A stretch of 64,000 bases of DNA from Camelus ferus (taxonomy: Eukaryota). Positions within the stretch are counted from its first letter, which is position 1, and every line of letters starts with the position of its first letter. Shown here piece after piece: positions 13,580 to 26,030 of this stretch. The DNA is taken from the NCBI RefSeq assembly GCF_009834535.1, contig NC_045696.1, forward strand, positions 23,996,001 to 24,060,000. Direction: 5' to 3'. The translations under genes were made by a program, and so were the position numbers. Under the pieces are notes generated by a model that saw only the letters and a program-made list of their open reading frames with translations, was not told the origin of the DNA and ran no database searches.

Positions 13580-14620
13580 GCTGCTGGGCTTTGCACCCTG
13601 CTACAGAGTTTGACTTTTATCCTATAGACTCCAGGCATATTTAAGTGAGGTAATGATACGAGGAGACACACTTAAAAAAAAAAAAAAAAGATAAAAGTCA
13701 TAATGAACCAAAGGGAAAGAAATGGGGAGAGACCTGGATGTTGAGATTGGGAAGTCATCACGTAGAGAAATGTAGTTTGGGTTGTAAAAGAAAACCTGGG
13801 ATAAAAATAGGATCACTTAAGGACTCTGAAGAAAACAAAAGGACACCAAGAGGAGTCCCCTTACATACTGAGGAAGCAAACCCTCCAATGCGGTGGGTGG
13901 ACCAAATGGATGGAGGAGAGACAGCACATAGACAGAAACCAGCAGAAGCTAGTGGCCTAGAATCCGTGAGAACAACATCGAGCATCAAATCCTATAGAAA
14001 AGTCAAGTAATGTGAGGACGAAATAGAATTTGACAATGAAGATGTCATCTGTGGCTAAAGGGAAAACCACCTCAGGAGGGTAAATAGAGAGGAAGCCAGA
14101 CTGCAATAACTTCAGCTGTAAATTGGAAAAGTAGACTTAGTAAGTGTAGTCTTCCCCCTCACTCCGCCCCCTCCCCCAGAAGATTAACCACAAGTTGAAA
14201 AAAGAATTAGGAAGTAGTTTGAAGAGGATATAGTAATAAGATGAACTATTTTTGAGGGTGAAGGAGACTTGGGTACATTGATAAACTCTGGAGAAAGGAT
14301 TGAGAGAATAAAAAACGAAATGCAGACTATCTACAAAAAGAGGGGCGAAATGATGCTGCAGATCCTGGAGCACAGGGAAGGGTGTCACGGAGAGAAGACC
14401 AGGGGCTGTCTTGCTCTGAGACAGGCAGGAAGATGGATAAGGATGGAGTCTGTGGTCAGAGGTCAGGGTGCCAGGGAGAAAGGTGAGCTGTTGCTGACAG
14501 CCACTCCTTGGTCTGAAGAATCAGGCAGAGTTGGCTGCTGGGGGTAAGAGAGCTGGAAGTAAACAAGCACTAGGAAGAGGGATGTAGAACAGGACATATA
14601 AAAATCCTGTGAGCAGACAC
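13580..14620 (-). mobile_element. Degraded L2 ORF2 fragments
   Basis: Purine-rich antisense L2 motifs: GAGTTTGACTTTTATCCTATAG, AAGTCAAGTAATGTGAGGAC...GAATTTGACAATGAAGATGTCAT, GGAAGCCAGACTGCA, GGAGACTTGGGTACATTG. Confidence 0.6.
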
Positions 14621-14879
14621 AGGAGAAGGAAGTCTCCAGTGGTACTGAGGACCCAAGACTGGTTTAGAATAAGGTGTGGTGGTATTGTTCAGTCCCATGG
14701 TAGACTTTCAATGCTCAGGGCCAAGGACAAATGGTAAAGAAAAAGGAGAGTTATAAATGAAATGAATGCGTAGATTCACCTTTGTATATTACCATGGTGG
14801 TGCTGGGGGTGGGTAATGCCTCAAGGGTGCTGGTGAAAGTGCATTTAAGTCATCAAACCATGACGTCTAGGCTGTGTTG

Positions 14880-15360
14880 GAAAGGAATTTATGTCAAAAG
14901 GAAATGATCAGATCTGGGGAACCCGGAGGAAGTTTCAGGCCAGAGGAGTATACAGAAAGTTCCAGAGGCAGGATAACCCTTCACAAAGTGTAACGACAGT
15001 AAAGAGAGGCTCAAGAAAGGCAGAGAACATGAGCTGGGGAATGGAGGTGGGCAGCTGGTGGGCTTTGAAAGCCCAGCACAGCGAATACGCTAACTGCACA
15101 CAAATAGAGAAGAAAGGTAAGTCTGAGGTAATCTTTGAAAAGGACTTGATGGAAGGTGAGACAGAGAACGATGGTGAGAAGCAGCAAAGATGACACCCAG
15201 TTTCCTAAGATTCTCGCCCTGAACACTAGAATAACAATGTCCCGGACAAATGCAATCTGTAAGCAAGTTGAAAGGTCTAAGTTGAAACGGAGATAAATTT
15301 AGTGTTAGATGCGATGAAATATTCAAGTGGAAATTTCCTCCAGACCACTGGAAATACATA
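14880..15360 (-). mobile_element. Degraded L2 fragment
   Basis: AAAGATGACACCCAGTTTCCT...GATAAATTTAGTGTTAGATG...ATATTCAAGTGGAAATTTCC...CTGGAAATAC fits antisense L2. Confidence 0.6.
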
Positions 15361-15679
15361 CTTTAAAATACAGCTGAAATGGCATCAGAGTCACACCTAG
15401 AGTGTCCTGCCTCAGATCTCAACAACGTCTGAGGTAATATGTTGACCTGGTGTCCCTAGAACAAATTTTCCCATACCATCTCGTTTTCCTCAATAATTCC
15501 CAACTCAAAATCTATGCTGTGGTCAGTCCAGCATCATTAAAAGCTAGCATGGAGACAGAAAGAATTTAACCTGGAACACTAAATCTCAGCTGGAGTTCAG
15601 TATAGTTATCATTCTTGCAGAAGAATTTGATCTCTAAACTGATAACACAGCAGCTTCATGCTTCTGAAGGTGGGCAGTG

Positions 15680-15840
15680 ATTCACACGCATCGGGGTGGA
15701 GGCGGGGTAAGACGAGCACCTCGCCATGTTTGGGAAATCCACCAAGCACTAGCTTACGTCACAGTTCCGCTCCGCCCGGGGGAGTTGGGAGGATGCTGTC
15801 TATGAACTAGCACATCACCTCTAACCGTTAGGATACTTAA
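15680..15840. promoter_or_regulatory. Candidate promoter/enhancer (GC boxes, CRE/ATF-like, NF-kB-like and MYB-type sites)
   Basis: Local CpG cluster in AT-rich surroundings, containing GGAGGCGGGG (15698-15707), GGGAAATCC (15732-15740), TTACGTCA (15754-15761), CTCCGCCC (15770-15777) and TAACCGTTA (15822-15830). Confidence 0.4.
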
Positions 15841-17347
15841 AACTCTAGGCAATGACAATGATTTAAGAAAAAAATGTATATCCTAAGGGGCTGATAGAGT
15901 TAATCTTCCTTCAGAAACTTTGATTTTATTCTTGTCTTCAAAGCAATATCATGCTCATCATACTGCAAAATAATTTATTCATCGTAAGTACATATATATT
16001 AGTAATTTATGGCTTACAAATATTGTCTCTGGGGCTCTTTTCATATCCATAGTGCTGTGTAAATTGTCTTTATTAGACCAAGTCCATGAGTTCTAGCTGC
16101 TAATTCTGAGGTTAGTGCAAAAAACATGGAAATTTGCCCCTTAATCCTACTAATCAATATTTCCTTCTTTCTGTCTCAAATTTTCTCTTCTTTTCCCACA
16201 TGAATATCACAGTCTTGGCACAATCAAGTTTTATATTTCATATTAGTAAAATCAAACACCTTTTTTTCCCAAATGAGAATAAGACATCGGTTTAGTACAT
16301 TGTTCAATCTTGCGTTACCTCTTCCATTCAAAACGTGGGTGAAATATCTTGTCCCAAAGGACATACAGCTATTATCTGGCTTGGTAGGTGTAATTTATCA
16401 GCTCCCTCCCCAAGTATTTGGAGAAACAATTCTGTCCCTAGCCCAAAAAAATCCCTTTTCAGCCCCAGGGGTGTATCCTGCCAGTGACTGACCAAGCACA
16501 GGTGGTGTTCACTAAGACTTAGAAATGAAATGCTTTCCCCAGAGTGAACAACTTCTTGCAAGAATATTCGGAGTACAGTGTGTTCCAGGCATGCAGCACC
16601 TGTTACCCACTTGTTTAAATGTCTCATGAAGGGGACAGAGAAAAAATAGTTTCTCTCTGTCTCCGGAACATACATAAATTTAGCATACAGTTCTTTTTTG
16701 GCCAAGTACAAGTTTGAATTACCTTAAGAAAGGCCGTAGGATATGATTTCTTGAAGATGATCTTCATGCTACAATTTATTCTATAAAATGACTGAGAGGA
16801 GGTGATTCAGGAGAAAGGGGAAAACGGATGAAGATAAAAGAAGTGAAAAAATGAAATGGAAGGAAGTCAGTGTTATAAATCCAGACCTGCAACTGGGTTG
16901 AAAAAGAAAACTCATCAATTTACTCTTGCTGCAAATGTTTGCACTTTGTCCAAGTATGTGGCCTCCTATTTCTGCTTCATTATAAGACCTGTGAGATCCA
17001 AATAACTGCTTTTTAAATATTGAAAAACCGCTGTGTATGTATGAAGATGTTATTGCCAACTCTCTTTAGGAAATAGGTTGCATTTATATTATTTTTCCTA
17101 CATTTTGAGATTGACTCAGTCTAAGTAGGGAACTGAATGTTTTTCCCCATGAGACCAACCAGTCTTAATTTCACTAGTGCTTGAATGAAAATATATTGGC
17201 CCAACGTGACTTTATTAAGTATAGTTATTAACGTTGTTGAAAAACATTGGAATGATTTTAGAAACAAAGTCACTATTATATTGATTCAAGTTGTACCATG
17301 TTCTTAAATAAGTATCATCTACTACAGAATGCACACACTAGTGAGTG

Positions 17348-17556
17348 CAGTGGGCTCTTGGATGACAGGGTTTTGAACTGCGTGGGTCCACTTATTTTTC
17401 AGTAACAATCTACTACAGTAGCAAGTGCTCTGAGATTGGTTGAATCTGCAGAAGCAGAATCGTGGGTACAGATCACCCACTGTAAAGTTATTGGCAGCTT
17501 TTCCACTGGGTGGAGGGTCAGTGACCCTAACCCCCACATCGTGTGAGGGTCAACTG
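17348..17556. mobile_element. MER8-like Tigger (TcMar) MITE, near full length
   Basis: Terminal inverted repeats CAGTGGGCTCTTG...GAGGGTCAACTG, followed by TA. Internal TTTGAACTGCGTGGGTCCACTTAT and TTGGTTGAATCTGCAGA are as in MER8. Confidence 0.85.
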
Positions 17557-18184
17557 TACTTTGAAAGTATGTGTGCATGGGTTGTGCACATGGACATGGA
17601 CACATACACATGCCCGACAGTGTTCAGACAAAGCGGTGGATGCTCGGCACCTGACCCCGTCAGCATTTCTTTCCAATATTGAAATGAAACACCTGTCTTT
17701 ACCCTTTGGGCTCTGTAACTTTTCGAGCACTGTTTATTAATAGCCACTTTGTGAGTTGTTCTCCAGCCTTCTGGGGCTGCTTTCAGAATTACAAACATAC
17801 TCATAAGAAGGGAATTCAAGGTCAGCAGTCTGTGTTAAGCAAGTCCTATATTTATAAAGTTTCTAGAAATGGATAACTTATCATTCTTCCTCTCCACGCT
17901 TGCTGGGCTCAGGACCAGCCGCTATTTTCACAAAATCTTTTTTTAACGCCGAGATGAACATCTAACGTGCATCTGTGGTTCAAGCTCACCCTGAGGGCTT
18001 GTGATTCCAGTGACTGGCGAAGGACTAACCCTTTGGAATCAGTCCTGCCTTCTCTTCCTGCCAGCCTGGCTTACCTCAGGAGCAGGTGCAAAATGAGGAG
18101 CTGCATCCAGCCTCAGAAAAACCCTTCATGTTGCTGTAGTCCTGTCCAGGAAGTCTAAGAACGTGCAATGATTAGAAACATATA

Positions 18185-18226
18185 TTGTTGTTGTTGTTGT
18201 TGTGTGTGTGTGTGTGTGTGTGTGTA
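18185..18226. repeat. (TTG)n(TG)n microsatellite
   Basis: Directly visible. Confidence 0.9.
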
Positions 18227-19349
18227 TGTTTAATGATACAATTTATTTATTTATTTTTTTGGCTTTTCACTGAACTCAAGTGAGGGCTCGTGTTTAGTTT
18301 TGGACTTCGTTCTGCTTTCTTAAGACCTCATCAAATACAAAGATTTCATATTCCTTGCTTTTGTGGGAAAAATAAGCAAAGGTGATTTTGCACAATGTTG
18401 GGTATGCAATGTGTGATGTGGGTAAACAAAAGATTCACACACAGAATTATGAACAAATCCAGAGGAAAAATTAGCCATCAAAATAAAAGGTATAGAAATC
18501 ATTCTAAAATGAATGTAGTTACCCACAAGTGAAATTCTTCCCAGGAAATGATTCAAGTAAATGATGGGAATCTCCTTAATTTCACCCAGAAATTAGGTAC
18601 TGCCTTGAAATCTCACTAAAAAGACACAAATTTAAAATGTAACAAATATCTACCACAGAATAATGAAATTATAATAATGTGTAAGTCACAGTGCTGTATA
18701 TGGCACAGAGTGGGTATCTGATAAATGTTTGTTCCTTTCTCATCCAAATAATTGTAAAATATTTTATTATCATGTATCAGTAATCTGCAGAAAGAACAGA
18801 GAAAGAAGAATAGAAATCTGTCTGTGTGTTACCAGAACTATCCAGTGGGAATAGTTTCTTAGCTGCCCTGTATAAGCATTCTGTTTTTCTTGCAGGCACC
18901 TGCTTAAATGCGGAGCATGGCATTAGTCTAGGATAATGTGATGACACTGACCAGAAAGATCACTTAACTTTTTCTATTCTGACTCAATACCCACCAGAAA
19001 TGTTTAGCTATTTATTTAGTTTCTCAAGTTGACTTTCCTAGTAGGACAACATTGCTTTCAGCAACTTAAGGGAAATATTCTATTTTACTTCATGATAATT
19101 TTGCCAAGTACTAATTAATAAATTGTTATTCTTTTTAAAAATAAATGTTGACAAATAATAAGAATCTACCACTCAAAGTCTGATCACCACATTTGCAAAT
19201 TTAATTTGGTGACATCAGAACATTTCCATGCCCTCTCCTCTCAAAACCCACCCCTCTAAAATCCAGGAAAACAAAGTAAAAACGAATAAATAAAAACAAA
19301 ACAATTGAATTTCTTTTTTTAAAAAAATTAGATTACATCTGTAACCCCA

Positions 19350-21304
19350 AGGCCACAGTGTTTGAAGACTGAAGTAAACAGAAGAAAATTTAGAAGAGTG
19401 AGATAGTAAAATCTTGCATAGATTTACTAACACATTTGTCTCCTAACGACCCCAGAGAGGCTTGGAAACTGGAATTACAAGGAACAATTTGAGGATATCA
19501 GGGAAAGTATTTGATAAACCACACAGGGAGCAGTTACCCCCAGATCCCCTGTCCCCACTCACTCAGAGTACCTTCCAACGGCCACCCTACTTGTAACGCA
19601 CCTGCAGGCCTGAGGCACAGAAGACAGCAAGGTGGCAAACTGAGAGGAAAAAAAAAATTAAGTTAAACTTTGCTTGGTAAACTGGGAACCCTGAGCCTTC
19701 CTTTTCCACCAAATCCTAGAAAGCTGGTAGCTGTTAATTCTCCCTAGATAGATGGAATCAAAAATGTACTCCTCACAGAAAAGCCCAGTAGGGATACAGA
19801 CATTGGGGGTTTCACAGCACAGATGCTGGCTGGCCAGTCCCTGGTAAACACAGGAGGTTCAGCAGTGCATAAATGCAGCCCACACCCATAGAACTTCCTA
19901 TTCAAATGTCAGGGCCTTGCTCTTAATTAGAAACAAGAGCAAAGAACTGAAAGCTTCTAAAATTAAAACGAGAAGAGAACCAAAACGAATATAGGGAGCA
20001 AAAAAAAAAAAAAACAAAACATTGTAATGAATATCCTCAGAGAGTAAGGGAGGTATTGAACCCAGGGAACAAAACCAAATGCCTAAAAAGAAACATTCAT
20101 GGAACAAGATATAAAAATTGGAGCATAAAAAGATACCTGAATAAAAATTTTACCAAAGAATTGGAAGATCAAAAGTCCAAAGAGAGAACCCATGAGAGAG
20201 AAAAGATGAAAGGAAAAAAAATTAAGCAAAATGGCCCAACATCTGACTAACAGGACTTCCACAGAGAAAACCAGAAAATTACCCACCTCTAAAGGATGTA
20301 AGTCTTCAGACTGAAAAGACCTACTACCAAGTGCCTAAAGCTATAAATTTTTTAAAAAAGGACTAAGAAGGGCCCTCTAGAGAAAAAAAAGAGGGGGCAC
20401 ATGCAAAAGATCAGGAATAATAATTGCTTTTGCTTTCTAAAAGCAATCTAGAAAAGTGGAGGACAGTAGCCTGATGCATTGCAAAGTCTTATTGTGTATA
20501 ATAATCACTCTAGCAGTTTACATCCAAACACACTATTAACCACATATAAAAATGAAATAAGGACATTTTAAGAAATACTATCTCTCAAAAATACTACCTT
20601 TTGTATTCGGTTTCTCCAGAAGCTAATGGTATATTTCATCCATAACAAGGGACAAATCCAGAAGGAGGAAGACTTAAGATCAGAAAACAAATCCAAAAAT
20701 GGAGAGATCAAGAATTCAGATGACAGTTCAGCAGAAGCCTTCGCACAGAGAGGAGCCATTACAGATCGGACAGAGGGCCCTGGGAAGGATGTTTCCAGGA
20801 GAAACAAAGATGAAGAAGAAATTGATAGATTAACAGAATTGACTGTATGGGAATTGGAATGAGGCCATATTTGACATACCTATCAGAAGGTGTATAATGA
20901 CTTACCCATAATTTCCAGGTAAAATAAGGAAATAGAAAAAAATTGCATTTATTAATTCCAGGGGGAATTATATTAAAATGTAACATAAATTCAGCATTCT
21001 ACTTGGTTCAACAATGGAGAGTATTTACTCTAGTTATGATCATGATAACACTAACTATGGATTTGCCACCAAACTGTGTTTAAAGGCAATAATCAAAATA
21101 AAGCAATACTGTATAGTATTTAGAAATAAAGAGTTAAGTACCAGAAGAGCTAAGAAAGGTGACATTTCTTGTCTCTGAAGGAGGATTGCTGTGGCAAAGG
21201 GACTAGTGCTGGGGTGCGGTGGCAGAAGGGACACTCTCTAAGCCTTGCAGCAATCGTTGACATTTGAAAATACATAATCAAAATTAAAGTTCAATTTTTT
21301 AAAA
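19350..21304 (+). mobile_element. HAL1 (half-L1) element, degraded, largely complete
   Basis: L1 ORF1-like decayed codons at 20000-20620 (AATATCCTCAGAGAG, GTAAGTCTTCAGACTGAAAAGACC, AAAAGATCAGGAATAATAAT, AATAAGGACATTTTAAGA) with no ORF2. A HAL1-type 3' region follows (CAGAAGGAGGAAGAC...GATGACAGTTCAGCAGAAGCCT) and ends in AAAATTAAAGTTCAATTTTTTAAAA. Confidence 0.7.
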
Positions 21305-21308
21305 GCTT

Positions 21309-21690
21309 ATCATATATCACTTATATGTGGAATCTTAAAAAAAAAAAAGAAAAAGATAAACGACCTGTTTCACGACACAGAAACAGACTCATAGACCTAG
21401 AAAACAAACTTACGGTTACCAGGGGGCGAAGAGGATGGGAAGGGGTAAATTGGGAGTTTGAGATTTGCAGATACCAACTAATATATATAAAATAAACAAC
21501 AAGTTCATTCTGTATAGCACAGGGAACTAGATTCAATGTCTTGTAGTAACTTAAGGTGAAAAAGAATATGAAAATGAACATACGTATGTTCATGTGTGAC
21601 TGAAGCATGCTGTACACCAGAAACTGACATAACATTGTAAACTGACTATACTGCTATATATATATATATATATATATGCACAAAAAAATC
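21309..21690 (+). mobile_element. Young 5'-truncated L1 3' UTR (camelid/artiodactyl type)
   Basis: ATATCACTTATATGTGGAATC...ACAGAAACAGACTCATAGAC...CTGTATAGCACAGGGAACT...GCTGTACACCAGAAACTGACATAACATTGTAAACTGACTATAC, with a (TA)n/A tail. Approximate TSD AAAAGCTTA / AAAATCTTA. Confidence 0.9.
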
Positions 21691-22611
21691 TTAGGATGCC
21701 ACTAAGCAAACTATTAACAAAAATTATTTTTTAAACATATAGTGGCGAATCACTCCAACCCCCCCCAAAATACAGATACCCCAGAGTACTACTTGAAACC
21801 GCCCACTGGTTTTTCCTTCATTTATCTGAAAATTGTCGTTGTCGTTCATGCATTCACTACGTCACTGAAGGCTAGGAAGGGAATGAGACAGAAAATGTCC
21901 TTGCCCTCATGCAATTTATATCTTGTCTATAACAGATTAGATATAAAACAACAGTTTTAATTCAAGGAGGGAAAGGAGAAAGGGAGAGAGGGAGAGGAAG
22001 TTGCTTGAAGGGGAGAACAGATTGATGGAACGAATGAACTCGGGGGCAAAATACCTTTAAGATCTAAATAATCCCTTAATGTTGTCCACATTTTAAAAAT
22101 GAGTAATACAGAAATACCAAGTTTTTAGAGGAAGGTTGTATGCTTAAGAAGATACCATATCAATTCTGTGGTAACTGCACCAAAAAAAAAAAAGGAAAAC
22201 CCAGGCTACTGTTTCTGAAAAATTGGACATGGAGTTCAAACACTTATCTGTCAAACATAGTGGGACCTTTCCCTAATCTTAACCCTAACCCTAACTGAAT
22301 TCTCTTTTGGGAGAAAGGAGGCAACCACCAAAAGTACTAATATGTCAATATATTAAGGCTGTTACTTTTTTAATGTCTATGTCAAAATTATGTTTAACAC
22401 CGTGTCCTTCTAAATCAACAAGATGCACTCAGTCTTGCTGTGCATGCCCACAAAAAACAAGAGCTATTGCCACAGGGCTTTAACTCCCACGCTGTGTGTC
22501 TGCTGAAAGCATCCAGCTTTAATAGACAAGAGCATCTTATATTACCATTCATTTGTGTACACTGTGCAGCAAGGATGGTATGGCCAGACTGTTATTGCAA
22601 AATGTGCATTT

Positions 22612-22860
22612 TCCTTTTCATTCATTTGTTTCATTCATTTGTGGAGTACTGAAAAATATCAGGCACTGCTCACAGGCTGCAGATACGGGGTGATCAGCAT
22701 AAAACTCATGTTCAAAGAGGAGGAAACAAATGATCAACAAGTCAACAAGTAAATACCCCCAAAATCCTCAGAGAGAGATAACCACTGCAAATAAAATACA
22801 GCACAGGGAGTGAAGGTGTTAATTTCAATGGAGGAGTTTGAGAAAAACACTCAGAGCAAT
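22612..22860 (-). mobile_element. L2 3' end fragment
   Basis: TTCATTCATTTGTTTCATTCATTTG...CAGGCACTGCTCACAGGCTGCAGATACGGGGTGA. Confidence 0.7.
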
Positions 22861-25354
22861 GGGTCTCCCCATAATGTCACTTGGCCTGTAACAGCCCTGA
22901 TAGGTTCCACGACTTTGTCTTGAGAATGTCCTTTTATTTCCCCCCAGTAAGCAGTTTGATAAATTAATCATTTAATCCCTATGGTCCAATATAGAAAACA
23001 TTTCTGGTCCTGTTCTCTGGACCTTCTCCTCTCAGAGTCTGAACTGCTGACTCTCAATTTGCTTTCATCTAGATTTTATTTTTGCCACATTCTTTACCTA
23101 GACAGCAACATCTTGCTTTTTACCCAACTCACAGGTGATTCGATTCCTGCAAAATCCCTTTTGGAACTCAATTTGTCCAATGTACTGGAATTGTATTTCT
23201 ATATGGTTGCAAAAAACAGCATTCTGAATGGCAGTCTAATATTCCTTTACTGCACAGTGGATGAGTGTTTTATCTACTGCTACCCTTGCTGGTTCAGAAC
23301 CCTCTCAAACTTTTCACATGGTGTTCTGACCTTTCCAGCATTCAGGATGATATGACTTCAAGTCTTACTGGGTGTTAATCCCCAAGGGACTTGAAAGCAT
23401 TTGAAAATCCATTTTACTTGCAACATAAATTTTATTTTACTCTTGTGAGATTTATAGATTTAATTAAAAGTGAAGAAATTCTAAAAATGATTTTTGCTGG
23501 TTGCTGAGTTCGTGTTCTTACACAATTACTCTAACCTAATACATAGCCGGTTTTCTGAAACATTGGAAAACAGCAAGACTGCAGCATAAATAATTTTCTA
23601 CAAAAAAGGTGGTAACTAAAAAGACAGCTCAGAGCTTTATAAGCTATCTAGACAAAACAGCCCACCACAAGCACCTGGGCTAGTGGCTAAGTACAGCCCC
23701 TGCGCATATCATCCGCTAATGGGCTTCCTAACCCAAAATTCTTCTCTGTGGTTCCACGACGAATGTAGTCATGAACTCATTTAGGTCTCCCTGTTGTGTC
23801 TTTGCCACAAAGTATAATCTTTTCCTGTCTGGGGTTCTTTCCCAAAATGCAAGCCACTACACACTTTCTTTTTACAAGTTGGATCCCAGGTCTGAAATGC
23901 CATCTCCCGCTGTGCTGAACATCTGTTCAGAGTCTTACTACTTATTTTTCTTTCCCCACTGGCTTTCCCACCGGTTATTTCCCACACCAAAATTCCTTGA
24001 CAAAATGGGGCTAGCCACATTAGTTTGCATACTTGGGAGGCCCGGGTCTTTTCCATTTCGTCATATCCCACAGCAGAAAGAAGAGCGTTCTATGCATATT
24101 AGGATCCACCCCATCATTTATGGAAAGAAGAAACGGAAGGATAAATGCCTCTTTTTTTGTAATCTCCATGAATGACATTCAACAGATGTGATCTTCTCTT
24201 TATGAAATAAAATGTTTGGACTCCATCACCTTATATGATTAACAGAAGACAGTAGAGAAGAAGTTAAAGGGGTTTGGGAGTGACTAGTCAAGTCTGGTTA
24301 CCCACAGAGTTGGAAAAAGTGAAGCAAAGTGAAGAGGGAGACAAGGTATTTTAAGCAAAGATATGTTGAATGAAGATAAATTGGACTGGTTTTTACATCA
24401 CAAAAAAATAGCAAAAAGTGCTTTAAGCAGAGTGATGGGAAGTACAAGAATGAGAAAGGATGGGTCTTTTCAAAAATCAAAACTAAACCAAACCATCAAA
24501 ACTTTGCTCGGTTACACAGTCACAGTTCAGGGAAAATCTAGAAATAGTCAAGACTGTTATTAATCAGTAAAAGATAACCTTTTCTACAAAACAGAACAAA
24601 TCAAAACAAAACTCTTTAAGTAGAAAATACTCACAATCAACATCATCCTTTCATTCCTGATATTAAAGATGCAGAGCAGCTAGGAGGATGTGAGGATGCC
24701 AGCAGCACTTTGGCCCATATCGGTGCCCCATCTGCAAAGCAAGACAAGGAGGAGCTTCCTTCTACTCAAGCTTTCCCTTACAATTCATGAACATCAAATG
24801 CGAGAATTAGATTCAATGTGAATATTACCAGGTACACCAGATCAATCTTTTACTCCTAATCTGTGCCTAAAAATATATTTTAAAAGAGCTCATAATTTAA
24901 AAAAATTATTACTAGAATGAATTTACACACTAAATATCCAGGCTTCACCATGGAGTGTCAACCAGGAATTCCAAAGGCAGTCCTGGGTATCCTTTCTTGG
25001 GCACACTGTATCGGGGAGCCACATTCAGCCCAGCAGGAAAACCCAAACTTCTGTGTGATGAGTGGCTCCCCTTACCCAGCAGATGATATCACAACTTTCT
25101 ATGGGTTCCCTAGATCTGAGCTGGGCTGTAACAATGGCACCTAACTTGCTAGTGCCTGAGTCCAAAACTTTTAGTCTTCCATCTTAAGGATATTTACATA
25201 TATCATAAAATCGCCCAAACATCACTAGTTATTCCAGCCATGAGCTTTCATCAGTTTCCTGCAGAGGTAACACACAGTACCTCCCCTCAGGCCTGGGATA
25301 TGAACACCTTAATTTAGTCTAGAGTGTCTCTGACACAAGGAGAAGCAGAGTGAT

Positions 25355-25675
25355 AGGAATTGTGGGGTAAATTAATGGGACAGTTCTTGGCCACAGGGAG
25401 ACCAAAGCCAATGGGCAAATATTTCCCTCCTTCTTTGTTTTAAGCAGGTGATCTCGAGATAGTGTTATATGGATTCAGACTGTTTCATGGTATTGAGCAA
25501 CTTATCAGCCACAGCAGGGGCCAGGTGGATAACTCATCCTGGCTCATTTCCCCTCCTCCTTCTGTGTATCTCTCTGTCTCTCCCTTGTTCCTGACTCCAT
25601 GGGATCACACTCCAAAAGATGCTACTTACACAAATTTTGGAAGCTGTGTTTTCAGGGGCTTCCCAGGCCAAGACA
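25355..25675 (+). mobile_element. ERVL solo LTR fragment (LTR33-family-like)
   Basis: AGCCAATGGGCAAATATTTCCC...CCACAGCAGGGGCCAGGTGGATAACTCATCC...TGGGATCACACTCCAAAAG...CCCAGGCCAAGACA, with an LTR33-type terminus. Confidence 0.65.
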
Positions 25676-25749
25676 GCCACTGGTGGGGCCATCCTGTGCT
25701 TCCACCCGAAGAAGCAGAGTAGCAGAATTACAAACCACTGTGAGTCCAG

Positions 25750-26030
25750 CTGCACTGCCAGGCCCTCGCGTGCTTCTCCGTGAATGATGAGAAAACAGAG
25801 GTGCACGCCGCTGCTTGTCAACCTTTCGCTTGTAAGTTTCCCGAATAAAACCCACACCGCGTGCGGTTGTATGATTTGGTGTCCCCCTCCTCCCATCCTC
25901 GCCACATTGAAAGTTATCGAAAGATTCCAATAAAGTCATTTTTGTTTTTCCAAGGTTTATAACTAAATTTGTGTAGGGCTCTGGGAAAAGGTACAGATGA
26001 AAATGTACGGTCCGGGATGTGTACATGAAT
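25750..26030. promoter_or_regulatory. CpG-enriched unique segment, candidate enhancer
   Basis: About 14 CpGs in ~260 bp by manual count, two GCGTG cores and the near-palindrome ACCGCGTGCGGT. Confidence 0.3.

Noticed and set aside
22271..22296. Interstitial telomeric repeat (CCCTAA-like units; a similar motif occurs at ~12233-12251)
   Set aside because: Only about two perfect units, too short to support a fusion or telomere-healing event.
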